DNA of 64,000 nucleotides from Octopus sinensis (Eukaryota), in contig NC_043001.1 in assembly GCF_006345805.1 (NCBI RefSeq), positions 42,408,001-42,472,000 of the forward strand, given 5' to 3'. A program made the translations under genes and the position numbers. Each line of letters opens with the position of its first letter. Position 1 is the stretch's first letter. Positions 24,700 through 37,235 of this stretch are shown here, piece by piece. The notes under the pieces are model-generated. The model was not told where the DNA came from, did not search any database, and saw nothing but the letters and a program-made list of their open reading frames with translations.

Positions 24700-27100
24700 C
24701 ACAGCATGTCACCTATCAGTGTAGTCTTTTATCATCTCTGTGAGATGCAAAAACTTTAGATCTGTCAGACTACTTTGTCCCAAGTATTCCTCAAGCTGGC
24801 TATCTCTTTCACATGTTCCATTCACTTTGACTGAACAGCTGTCCTCCCTCGTACATATCACATGCCTCTACCAACACAGTTTTCTCTCTTGCACACTACA
24901 CCTGATTTCTCTTTCGTTCAGTTTTTCTCTCATTTGTGTTCCACTGCTCAGGTACAATAGTGAATGAGGTAGAGCATGCTTCCTTCATTTCTTTTTAGTC
25001 TCTACAAACCTGTATTCAAGGTTCACATCTCATTACCAAACAACATTGCCCTTTATAACTCATGTTGCCTGCAGAAGTAAAAGTTATCTAAGTTTTTCCA
25101 AACAGTTCTTACTCTAGCACCCGTGTTTTCAAAACCCATATCCCACTGCTAATTAAATCCCCTAGGAAACAGAAGCTATTGCCAACTAGAGAGCAGCCTT
25201 GGCATTAGATAAAATATTTTGTATATACTTTTAGTTTTTATCATCCCTCTGCACCTTCCTGCCACAGAGGAAGTTTACTTTCTCTGTTAGCTTGCCTGTG
25301 AACCCTCTACAACTCAACTGCATCCATTTTATTTTAACAGATGTGACTTTTTAAATTATAACCTATTTAGTTTCTACAAATCAAGCATGGTCATTTCTTT
25401 GAGGATAGCAGAGTCCTAACATTTTCCCCAGTTAATAATACTTTAATCTTTGCTAAATTCACTTTGAAGCCTCTCGATTTTGTTTCATTCCCATGTCTGG
25501 TATTTCTTTTGTAATCTTATTGCATATTTAATTTTAAAAACAAATAGGCCATCAGTATAAAGGAATTTCCACAGGCAGCCAATCTCATTCTTCTGAACAG
25601 AAATGGATGAAGACTGAGCCCTGATATATCTCTGTCTTTACACTGAATTCATTGTTACATTAATTATCCTCACCTTACTAACTGTATCGCTGTGCATAGC
25701 TTGACAGCTCATACAAACCATTCATCTACTCTAAGCTTCCTTACTAACCACCAGATTACAGAGCATGGAATTCTGTTAAAAGCCTTTTTACACTGGGAAC
25801 GATGTATAGAATTCTTTTAACATGCTGCTCTTCTGCATACCATGCATAACCATTTCTCTAATGTAACAGTCCTATCTTTTTTTCTATTTATCATAACTTT
25901 GTCCAAGTTTACTTTAAGACCTTGCTTCCATTTCTGGAATTTTTCTTGAATCTCACACAGATTCTGCTATTAGAACAAGGTCATAGGCATATAGGTGTTC
26001 TTACAGACAGCCAGTCTTGAACTCCTGTTATAGCTTGGAGGACTATAATAAACAGGAGAGAACTGAGCCCTGATGGACCCCTACCTGTATGCTAAATTCA
26101 CTGTTGTGTTCATTAATTTACCTTACTGATTGTGTCGTTGTACATACATAGCTTGTATGACCTTCAATGGTTATTCATCTACCTCTTGCATCTTTAGTGC
26201 CTGCCAGATGACAGAACTAAGGATCCTGTCAAAAGTCTTCTCTTGGTCAACAAATACTTGGTATAGTAGCTTACTTCTAGCTAAGCATTTTTCTTACAGC
26301 TGTCTCACTAGGAAGATTGCATGTCATCTAGGTTAATCCTGTTCTTAATGCAATAACACTTTCTATAACTTTCATGACTTGATCCAGTAATTTGATGCCT
26401 TTGTTGCTTCTCCCTAAGAGCATTTCTTTTGCCTTTGTAACAGTTTACAACAGTGCTGCTACACCTGCCATTGGGTATGGTATCTTGTATTATATGATTG
26501 ATTATTCAGCGAGTATTCATTTTTGCCAAGTAACATATTGATTCTCTCTAATATAATCTTACTATTCCGAACACTTCATGCCTCAGATCCTCATGTTGCA
26601 GAGTACAAAAGTTCTTTCTGCCTCTTATCTTACTAAGTATACTTGATGTCTAACTTCCCTTCTTCTAAATGATATTTTTCCTGGCTATCACCCTTTTGTT
26701 TTTTACCACTCTGCTCAGACATATCTCTTTTATAGCTCTACTTACAACACTATTCTACCAACTTTGTCATTGTTTGTCTAGATGAGGCCTTGCTCCAATC
26801 ACATATTTGGTCTGTGGCCTTCAACAAGTTTTTTTCTGCAAGTCTCTGTCTCTCCTTCCTTCTCAACAAATGCTTCAAGTAGTTATTTCTTTAAACATCT
26901 GACTGCTCAATCTTCTCCAAACTGTCTTGAGCCTCTGATTCTGTCTAGCTTTAATTCAAAAACTAGTAATCTCTAACTTATGCTGGGATGGGGATATTCT
27001 TCACCTTTGAAAGACTTAGCATTCACAACCATTTGTCTATCAAGTTTTCTGGTCAGAATAAGAGAATGAAGTCTATCTGACTTTTGTAGTCAGTAGATTG
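24700..27100 (-). mobile_element. Cluster of decayed RTE LINE fragments
   Basis: Segments align by eye to parts of the RTE at 15345-17410 (e.g. GAACTGAGCCCTG...TGCTAAATTCA at ~26060 and a similar segment at ~25615). Confidence 0.7.
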
Positions 27101-27294
27101 ATTGGTGATCAGGTGTCTGATCAGCTGTGATTGATGCCAAAGGTGGGCTGACTTTGCATTAAATAAGAAAACTTTAATTTAACTAAGTGTTTCATTATTT
27201 TATCCAACCCGTGTGTGTGTATGTATGTATGTATATATATGTGTGTGTGTGCGTGTGTGTGTATATATATATATATATAAACACACATTCTCAC

Positions 27295-28640
27295 ATCATT
27301 TAACATCCACTATTTTATACTTGCATGGGTTTGATGGAATTTGTTGAGACAGATTTTCTATGACTGGATGCTATTCCTGATGCCAAATCTCACCTGCTTC
27401 CAAGCAAGGTAATATATGATAATGATAAATTATGATAACAATATACATATAAAAAAAATCTTCATCTCTTTTCCATGCTGGTTTAGGTTGGTTGGTTTGA
27501 CAGGACCCTGCAAGCTGCATCGAGCTCTAATGTCAGTTTTGGCATGGCTTCTATAGTTGGATGTCCTTCTTAATGCCAACTACTCAACATTCTTTTGTGT
27601 CACTGGCATTAGTGAAGTCACTAGTAACATACAAAACAGGAAAAAAAACAAGAAAAGGAAAATGTCCCTCAAGTAAAAGTGGGGTGAGTAGTTAAGAGGC
27701 AGGATGATGGCTTTATGGCAGATGTTGGGAGGTTAAAGTGTGGTAGAGGGACATGTGCAGGTGTCTTGCTGTAGAGAAGATATATGTCTACCCAACATTA
27801 TATAAGGTTAGGGTGGGAGTAGCTAGGAGAAAGACAAGATGGGGTGCCAGAGCAAACCCTCAAAGAACAAGGATGTGAGCATAAGGGAGGAGACTGATAG
27901 TAGATCAGGAGGTTGAGTGTCGGAGTTTATAAGAATGTAGTGTGTTGAGCAGCTTTACAAGAAACATCAGTATGAGGTATAAGGTGTGAGAAATAGAGGT
28001 AGCTCAAAAATGATAAATCAGGAAGTTGGTGGGAGATGATAAGTAAGACCTAAAAGTTTTGGGTAGGGAGATGTAGAGGTAAAGGGGGGATATTATGAGT
28101 GTGGCATATTAGCAGATATGACAGGTGTTAAGATGAAGCATGGCAGAGGAGAGGGAAAGATAACTGGAAGCACAGAATGGAGGTGATCAATGAAAATTGT
28201 GTGAGAAGGGATAATAATGAGAATAAGGAATGAAAGTGATTTCAGGATTGGGAAGGCAGTAACGTGTAGCACAAAGAATGGAGGGATGTAATATGTGCTG
28301 AGTAGAGATGGATGTTAAGGCAGCGGTAAATGCTTGAGGGGGCAGAAAGGGAGTAGGGCAGGGCCCAGCATATACAAGCATTGACAAAAAGTTTTAGGTC
28401 CTTATTTTGGTTATAATGATCAAGTTTTCTCTAGCACACTGAATTGCCAGTTGACTTGTTTGTAATTTGCTCTTGAGATCAGCCTTTGCTACTTTGTCCC
28501 TTGTCTTCTTAGGGCCCTGTCTTCCAGAAGTTCCACCCATTTTAAATGACTGATTCTACACATCACATGACCAATGTAGTCTTCTCTCTCTGGAACACTA
28601 CATCTGATTCTTCATGTGCCTCATACACACACGCTCTCTC
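27295..28640 (-). mobile_element. SINE/RTE-tail repeats, purine-rich UTR-like tract and RTE C-terminal fragment
   Basis: Homology to 14535-15660. Confidence 0.55.
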
Positions 28641-28829
28641 TCTCTCCCTCACTCTAAAAGGTTTCCTGGAAGGTGCATCATGTTACCAAAAGGTTTGGGC
28701 ATGGTAGATAAGTTCTTCACTCTACTCCCTTGCTTGATGTTGTTCAACAATGATCTTCATAACTCTTTGTAGGCTAATTTGCAGAGTCCCCACACTGTAC
28801 AGAAAAAGAACATAGAAAATGTAACAGAT

Positions 28830-29049
28830 CGAAGGCGGCAATCTGGCAGAAACGTTAGCACGCTGGGTGGAATGCTTAGCGGTCTTTCGTCTGCCGTTGC
28901 ATTCTGAGTTCAAATTCCGCTGAGGTCAACTTTACCTTTCATCCTTTCGGGGTTGATAAATTAAGTACCAGTTACACACTGGGGTTGATGTAATCGATTT
29001 AATCTCTTTGTCTGTCTTTGTTTGTCCCCTTGTGGGCAATAAAGAAATA
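28830..29049 (+). mobile_element. tRNA-derived SINE (family A) with intact TSD
   Basis: GGCGGCAATCTGGCAGAAACGTTAGCACG A-box-like head, GAGTTCAAATTCC B-box-like motif; 16-bp TSD AGAAAATGTAACAGAT (28814-28829, 29050-29065). Confidence 0.92.
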
Positions 29050-29472
29050 AGAAAATGTAACAGATTATGCTTTATATAATGTACATGTGTTTCGGCTGAC
29101 CACTATTAATTACATAAACCTGTAAGTGCTACCCTAACACAGTGCAGCTGGCTCACTTCATTATCATTATTGGCAAAAGCACAACACAAAGAAAGAAACA
29201 GACCCTTTTATATATATATATATATATATATATACCAGTATGCAAATAAGTAGAGTTAGGCTATTATTGCAGATTAGAATAAAGGTAAAGAAGGTGAGAA
29301 TGTAAGAAAGTATGAAAGAAGAGTGTGATTGGGTGGAAAAGGCACACCATCAAGATAACATGTCAGCCGATGTGCTCTAGTTGACTTTTATGCACTAACA
29401 CCCTCATGTAAGTACACATACACAAATATGGTACTGGGGAAAGAGAGGAGGAGATAGATTCTAAGCAATGTA

Positions 29473-30640
29473 TTAGGTTGTTTGGAAAATAGTGTTTTAC
29501 CAGAGATGATATAAAAATGAATATAAACCACATCTATCTAAATAGTTTTAATCAAGGATGTAATCTCCATCATTTTCAATGACTGCAGCTCAACAGGAAA
29601 GTAACTTTTTTATGTTACATTCAAAGAAACCTATTTCTTTTCCTGAAAAAGTCTGAAAAGCTGTTTTCAACTTCCTCTCCGTTTCTGGGTGTTTTGCCTT
29701 TTAAATGCTCTGATGATCAGAACATGGAAATCAATAGGTGCTAAGTCAGGTGAGTATGGAGGATATGGAAGAAGTTCCCATCCTAACGATCTTATTTTTT
29801 CTAGGGTTTGTTTTGAAGAGTATGGCTATGTATTGTCATGCTGGAGAATAACACCTTTCTGTGTCCCAAAACTGGCCACTTTCAATGTAATTTTTCATTT
29901 ATATGATCAAGTTGTTGTCAGTAGACATATGCATTGATGGTCCTTCCATGTTCCAGTAGCTCATAATGGACAATACCTTTCATGTTCCAACAAACACAAA
30001 GCAAGGATTTTTGTGAATGGAGTTCTGGTTTTGGTGTTGGAACTGGCCTCTTGTTACATGATGACCTTTGTCTTTTTCATTATCTGATGCAAAACCCATT
30101 ATTCATCACCTGTAACAATGCACGGCAGAAATGACAGGTTGTTATCCCTGGTTAGAAGACTGCTGTAGATTTTGGAATGTTCAGTTCTCAAGCATAAGTT
30201 CATGTGGATCCCAAATTCCTTCTTTGCATGTTTTCCCAATTTGCTTGAGATGTTTGTGGATAGTTGAACATGACACATTAAATTTTTACGCCAAATCCCT
30301 AGTGCTTTGATGTGAATCTAGTTCAATAGTCTCATTCAAAAGGTTGTTATTTTAAGTGAGTTATCTTCCAGAGCGAGGCTTATTGGATATGTCACAATTG
30401 CCATCTTTAAACCTTTTTAAACTACAGCTGACATTATGAGCTTTCACTGCATCCAGATACACTTCACAAATGTTTTTCATTGCTTCTGTAGCAATACTTT
30501 TCTTTTGAAACTCATACGATAAGCAGTGGTGAATATGTTGTTTCATAAAGTTCTTATCTTCCATGGGGTTAATTACCAAAATAACTGTGAATGATGCTGC
30601 TGGATAGAAGAGATGATCTACTATTTCTCGGCAGTTCCTG
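29473..30640 (-). mobile_element. Decayed mariner transposon
   Basis: N-terminal HTH-like peptide HIHHCLSYEFQKKSIATEAMKNICEVY...KRFKDGNCDISNKPRSGR; C-terminus ...VIENDGDYILD; TA plus TTAGGTTG TIR-like left end. Confidence 0.75.
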
Positions 30641-30800
30641 CCCTTTTGACCTTGGCTCTGATGTGATTGGTTGATTCATATTCATAGTGGTGAAAAACCA
30701 CAATTACTGAACACCATAATAATATCAGTAGTAAGATCAAAATGAAAATAATTATAACAGTAATAATACTAATAACATAATAATAATAATAATAATAATA

Positions 30801-31345
30801 ATCCTTTCTACTATAGATACTAGAAATTTGTGGGGAAGGGACAAGTCGATTGCATCAACCCCCAAACTTTCACTGGTACTTGATTTATCAACTCCGGAAC
30901 GATGAAAGGCAAAGTCAACCATGGCAGAATTTGAACCCAGAACATAGCGATGGGTGAAATACTGCTAAATATTTCATCCAGCATACTAACGATTTTGCCA
31001 GTTTATTGCCTTCATAATAATAATAATAATAATAATAATAACAGACGGGTAGTCATGATGGGTATACTGGGCTTCATATATTTTACCCCAGTGTCACTTT
31101 GATGGCATGCACTGCTCTCTCACTCAATAATAATAATAATAACAATAATGATTTCAAATGTTGGCACAAGATCAGCAATTTTGTGGGAGAGAGTAAGTCG
31201 ATTACATCAACCTCAGTGCACAGCTAGTACTTATTTTATCAACTCTGAAAGGGTTAAAGGCAAAGTTGACCTTGATGGAATTTGAACTCAGAATGTAAAG
31301 ATGGACGAAAATGCCACTAAGCATTTTGCCCAGCTATCCTGACAC
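30801..31345 (-). mobile_element. Two SINE family A copies (30801-31013, 31150-31345) embedded in (TAA)n tracts
   Basis: GATGAAAGGCAAAGTCAACC...GAATTTGAACYCAG motifs shared with 301-522. Confidence 0.8.
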
Positions 31346-31349
31346 TGCT

Positions 31350-31770
31350 CTCTTCTATATCCCTCTATCTTTCCCCAACTCCTGCATCACTGGTCATCCC
31401 CCATCCCTTATCCATCACTTCCTATATTTACCCTTCAACTGTACCCAATCTTTACACTCATTGCATACCTCCCCTCTCCCATTTCTCGCTCTTGCTTGCC
31501 CATACACTCTTTGCAAACTCTCAACAATTCCTAAACCAGTTAATAATGCACTCTCCCACCTACATTTGCAAGAAATACAAACACTACATTTCAAAACAAA
31601 TAACATAAATGACCAATGAAGAGACTATAAAAACACCACCCAATCAATAAGTATGTAAAAGTTAACCAATGAACAAACACAAACACACCAAAGGATATAA
31701 ATACACTACCAAGTTAAAATAGTTCTCACCTGAAAATTGAAGTGGCTTGAAACTCAAATTATGAGACAAA
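31350..31770 (+). mobile_element. Possible decayed Penelope-like pseudo-LTR
   Basis: Pyrimidine-rich tract, three CCAAT boxes (31613, 31640, 31666), TATAAATA (31696), then TCTCAC-CTGAAAA...GAAAC...ATGAGA, a broken hammerhead-like core. Confidence 0.35.
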
Positions 31771-33050
31771 CTCTTAGTTTCAGTGTGTATGTGTGTGTAA
31801 CCTATGTAGTAGGTATATAAATGGCAAATTTAGCTATTCCTCCACTGAGAAAAATGTTGAACAGCCTTGATCAATTTTCGAATCCCATAGAAACTAGCAG
31901 CCAATTCATTTATATAGTCTACTGCTGTAAATAATAGCATATGATACAGTAGGTTTACAAAACCCTTTGATGGAAAACAGACCAAAGATTTGCTACCAAG
32001 CTTGAGCTAGCATCATCTGTATCCATGACAGACGTGTTAACCAATATACTGGAGCAACCTTCAGTCTCCCTCCTACACACACACTCACATTAACTCATGG
32101 ACTTAATGCTCATTTTGTAGTTGGATACAAATATGTAAGATAGATGACAGAATTATTTTCCTAATGATAATCCATTGTACTTATGTGTTCTTATTTCATC
32201 AAACCTTTTATATGGCCTCAACTGAATTTGATCTTTTTTATTAATTTTAATTTAAGCCTTTTTTTTTAGATGTAATAGGAATAAGGAGAAAATATTTAAT
32301 TATTCTTCAATAAATTCAAGGATATGATTATTTTAGTAGCTTTTCTACATCAAAGCAACATATACTAATATCCTAATATGTTTATTCTTTTCAACACTAA
32401 CAGGTTGTTTTTTTGTTGTTTGCTTTTTTTTGTTTTTTTTTTCTTTTGTCGAGCTCTGGCTTTTCAAAGCTACAGTAATAATATCATTATTGGTCTCTTA
32501 CTCTGCTATAGTCTTTCAATGAATTTACCCAATCAGCTGTGTTAATGTTTAAATGCTGACCCATTTATTAAGGGATAGTATCATTAATTGTTTATGGCTA
32601 CTGAGCCATGTTGGTAATGTCAAATAATATTTTTGTTTTAATTTACAAAAGCATCTGTCCATTAGCTCTTAAATTTTTTCCATTTTATTTCTTATACATC
32701 TTCTATGTTGAATTTTTTTTCTGGTATATCATATTGCTCATCTCAATCTTTTCCAGTTCTGTATCCATTGTTTTCTTATCTTTGATTTTTATGTCTACAA
32801 GAAATGATTTCTCAAAATCTTATTTCCATTGCAATTGCTTTCTATAAATATATGAATAGCATGAGTGGACATGGACAGTTTAAAGAAAAATAGGGTCTTG
32901 CAGATGCTGTGGCTTTTTCCATAATCACCCAATAATCCAGGAATTAAAGTTGCTATCATTATTTCTCTTTGCTTCCTATTAAATTATTTTACTTATTGTT
33001 GCTTTGTCCATCTTCTCAAAACAAGAATTTTAAATAGTGTTTACAAAATA

Positions 33051-34315
33051 TTGGGTTGTCTGGAAAGTTTGTGCCAATTTTTAAAGGAAAGAAAAAAGTC
33101 AATAAATATTTGCCATTACATTTTTAATCAACCAAATATGAATCATTTTGTTGCACAATGCGTCTCCATCTTTCTTTTAACTTGAAAATGCCCTCTTCCC
33201 AGAATTGAGGTGGTTTCATGGCAAAGAATTCATCAAGGTATCTTTTTACATCATCCAAGGAATTGAAATTTTTACCATTAAGACTATTCTGCAGAGACCT
33301 GAATAAGTGGAAATCTGAAGGAGCAATATCTGGTGTATATGGAGGGTGGGGTAACACATCCCAGACAAGCTGCAGCAATTTTTGTCTGGTTCCTAAAGAA
33401 ACATGCGGTCTTGCATTATCATATTGGAAAACAACATCCTTCCTGTTGGCCAATTATGGACGTTTCTCTTGAATTGCTGCTTTTAACTCATCCAGTTGTG
33501 TGCAGTATTTCTCAGAATTAATTGTCTGGTTACTTGGGAGAAGCTCATAGAACAGAATTCCTTTCCAACCCCACCAGACACAAAGCAAGACTTTTTTAGG
33601 GTGGCTAAGGGTGGCTCATGTCGCTTACTCCACAATCGCTTTCTCTGAACATTTTGGTAGATAATCCACTTCTTATCACCTGTCACAATTTGCTTTAAAA
33701 AAGGCGCATTTTCATTCCGTTTATAAAGCGAATTACAGATGGAAATGCAATCCAAAAGGTTCTTCTCACTCAACTCATGTGGTACCCAAACATTGTAGCG
33801 ATTTGTGTACCCAAGCTATACCAGGTGCTCATGAAGGATGGATTTTGATGGGTTGAGGCTTTCTGCCAATTCTCGGGTTGTGCAGTATGGGTTATTCTCA
33901 ATTAATGACTTGATTTGGTCATCATCTGTAGTGGATGGTTTGCCTGATCGCTCTTTATCAATAAGGCTACAATCTCCAGCTCGGAACCTTGTGAACCACT
34001 TCTGTACAGTTCTTTCAGATAAAGAAACATCACCGTAAACTGCACATATTTCTTTGGTTGCTTGTGAGGCATTTTTCCCTTTACGGAAAAAGGAAAGCAT
34101 CAAGTGCCAAAAAAGAACTTTCTTATCTTCCATTTTAAAGGGTTACAGAATTAACACAGGTTATAGGAACATAAACCTTCTTCCACGAAAAGATAGCTTA
34201 AACTGTGCTCTAAATGGAGGTGTAGTCTAATCCTATTTTATGGACTCAACCATGTTCTAAAATAAGTCGAAAGGTAAGCTACTATAAATGGGCAGGAACT
34301 TTCCGGACAACCCAA
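33051..34315 (-). mobile_element. Full-length but inactivated mariner (DD34D) transposon, 1265 bp
   Basis: ~30-bp TIRs TTGGGTTGTCYGGAAAGTT, TA TSD on both sides. Transposase 34133-33124 with WVPHEL, TGDKKW, DNARPH and YTPDIAPSD motifs, broken by a stop and frameshift(s). Confidence 0.95.
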
Positions 34316-34519
34316 TAGTTATGTAGATCAATGAAAATGCAAAATTATCTGAAAGAATAAAAAAAAATTGCCATGCAAACAAGTTTTGTATATTCAAGTT
34401 CTGAGAACTAAACATTAATTAGAAATAGCAAAATTTACATATTCTTACAGAAGACAAATATAGGGTGAAATATTTTTCTTTTCATGGCATTTCATTTAGT
34501 TGTAACTAACTGCATTTAA

Positions 34520-34739
34520 CTTTTTAGTATTCAGATTATTCTGTCAAATGTAATGTTTGTTTATTTATATTGTTTTGAATTAATCATACGTTATCTTGTA
34601 GTTTAGGGATTTTGTTGATATGATTGTTTAGTTTTAGAATGATGTTGCAGGGTTGTGGTTAGAGGCCAAATCTGGCCAGTTTCAACATAGAATAGGTTAA
34701 ATATTTTGGCCTAACATGGACGGTTTGAATGCTAAAGGG
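34520..34739. mobile_element. TTAA-flanked MITE (piggyBac-type), 220 bp
   Basis: TTAA on both sides; TIRs CTTTTTAGTATTCA / CCCTTTAGCATTCA. Confidence 0.7.
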
Positions 34740-35167
34740 TTAAAAAATATTTAGTACATAAACTAATGAGTTTTTTCTTTAACTATAAAGATGATGATTA
34801 TTTATCTTTTCACAAAATGAGTTTTCTGACACAGAAAATCATGACTGACTCAAATGTCTTATAGTAATTGGGACACTTTATTGTTAATTCTGTCTATTTA
34901 ATAGCAGCGAGTTTAGTAGTATTTAGAACAAGGAATTTGATTCTAAAACCTCTTTTAATGTGTAATTTTGATTCCTCGTTCTTCTTATGTAGGTATATAT
35001 CTAAAGAAATTGAGTTGTTTAGTCCTTTATTCAAGATCAAAAATACTAAATCTAATGGTAATCCATTTTAAGGCAAAACAATTAAAACAATAAATGAATA
35101 CAAAATCTAATGTGACAAATGGTCAAAATTTATATCATAAATCAACCAGGTATCCTATGATATGTTT

Positions 35168-35640
35168 CATAATAATAATAATAATAATAATAATAATTGT
35201 GTACAGTGCTCAGGTGCACTACAACTCATCTAAAGTGTATATATAATCAGGTGTAGTTTCGGCGGATTTCGGAAAGCATGAGGGCCTTAAAGGATGCAGT
35301 GTCATGGCAGTCAACAACTGACGCAGGCAGTTTATTCCATGCTTTAGCAACTCTGAGCGTGAAAAAATGTTTCTGAAAGTCATGGGAGCTGTGTTGTTTT
35401 CTGACTTTGTAGGCATGTCCACGTGTGTTAGACACATGGAGATCAAAAAGGTGTTCAGTGTTGTTGTTGGTGAGGTGGTTGATAACTTTGTGGGTGTTTA
35501 CCAAGTCCGTCGCCAGACACCGGAGCTTCAGTGAATCCATGCCCAGGGAAACAAGGCGCTCAGAATATGGTAGGTGTCTGATGGAGGGTATGCGTTTGGT
35601 TGCACGTCTCTGGACAGATTCCAGGAGGTCAATGTTCTGA
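35168..35640 (-). mobile_element. CR1-like LINE 3' fragment with (ATT)n tail
   Basis: Minus-strand peptide NIDLLESVQRRATKRIPSIRHLPYSERL...GMDSLKLRCLATDL...TRGHAYKV...FFTLRVAKAWNKLP. Confidence 0.88.
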
Positions 35641-36499
35641 GCAAGATAAGGGTGTATTTAACTGAAACTGATTAAAGTTAATAGTGTAACTTTTTAATTT
35701 CATAAAATAACTTCAAATCTTTGCCCTTTCTATCATAATTGTTGATAATCTTTTGAATGAATATTTAGTAATATCAAAATATATGTATTTTTATCTTAAA
35801 ACAAATCTTATGAGCTATCCTGCTTTTTAGAATAGGTTCACCATATCCCTCTCTGTTGTAAGAGGTGAAGGCTATCCAACCATAAAGCCTCCAGAAGCCC
35901 CTGTGCTAGAATGGAAAAGTGAACATAAAATCAATAATGATGATGATCTCTACATGAATAATCCTTTTTGAGACCTCTTCCATTACACATCTGTTGAAAT
36001 TAGAGAAACTAATATAAGATAGGGATTAAATCTGATCTCATTCTAAATAATGCTAGTTATTTGTAAAATCAGGTATTATTAAACTGAATTTGAGCAATAT
36101 ATGTAGTTTTCTGTAGCTAACTAGTATAACAATGATCAGTAATATCTATGAAGATGACTCTCAAAGCTACTCACATTTCTAGCAATATTGTGAAGATTCT
36201 TTAAGCATGAGCTGGAAAAAATTCTCTTAGGAGAACTTTTTCTTTATAATTAAACATTTCTAGCATTGCTTCGTGAAATGAAAACAAGTCTACAGCTATT
36301 CATAAGCAGTAACTATGAGATGAACTAACTGATGAGATGAAAGTAATCTAGAAAAGCTGTCGGAGGAGTAAAAAATGATGATATTACACCACAGGTTAGA
36401 CTCACAGATTTTATATTTATCATAAGGTAACTACTAGTGTAATATTTTAGATTGTTATATTTATTTTGTTTTCATGGATAAGATATTTGACACGTTCCA

Positions 36500-36535
36500 T
36501 ACATGTAGTTTGACCACAAGGTCAAACTACATGTA
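36500..36535. repeat. Perfect 16-bp hairpin with 4-nt loop
   Basis: TACATGTAGTTTGACC-ACAA-GGTCAAACTACATGTA. Confidence 0.9.
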
Positions 36536-37020
36536 CATAATCTTAGTTCTATTGCAAAGTGTTAGTTGAGAAGCTACAAAGAATCTGCTCACAATATAAT
36601 AGGAGAAGAGTGCTCAAGATGGCTCTATTAGTAAACTATCTCAATCTCAGTAAAAACCTACCTGAGAGTTCAAGGTAACAGAATTGTTTTTATAAGATTA
36701 CATACATTTTGAGGAGAAACACTTTAAAGTCAAGAATTACAGAATATTTGTGATGCAAAACAAAACTGAAAAATAAATGAAATTGCATAATACTCTGGAA
36801 TGGAATTTCCATTATACAAAAAGACAAAATTATAGTAGAAATGTATAAAATTAAAACAGCAGTAAATTATTACTGTGAAAGCAATCACTAAATCCAGCAC
36901 AGACCAGTCTCACCCTGGAATTGGAGCTGAGTAGTGAAAACTCAGCATTTGAAATAAGGTTCTGAGTTCAAAACAAGCTTAAACATATATGGATATGTAG
37001 GAATAGAACCCATATATTAA

Positions 37021-37235
37021 CCCTTTTGTTACCAACCCGGCTGAAACCCGCTCTGCGTACAAATGTCTTGTTTTCATAAGTTTGGAATTAAAATCTTCCA
37101 CCAACCCTTAGTCACAATTTATGTTCCTAACACTAGCTGAATGATAACTAAGTTATTTTACAAAAATTCTTTGTTATATTTAAAGTAATTGAAAGAAACA
37201 CAGAGCATCTCAAAATGAATACAGTAACGAAAGGG
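37021..37235. mobile_element. TTAA-flanked MITE (piggyBac-type), 215 bp
   Basis: TTAA-CCCTTTTGTTAC ... GTAACGAAAGGG-TTAA. Confidence 0.88.

Noticed and set aside
28830-28925. tRNA-like A/B-box sequence (also SINE heads at 60705 and elsewhere)
   Set aside because: No complete cloverleaf; continues into a SINE body with TSDs.
29735-29756. AG...CAG|GTGAGT 12-nt micro-exon-like motif
   Set aside because: Lies in an antisense mariner remnant and lacks a pyrimidine tract.
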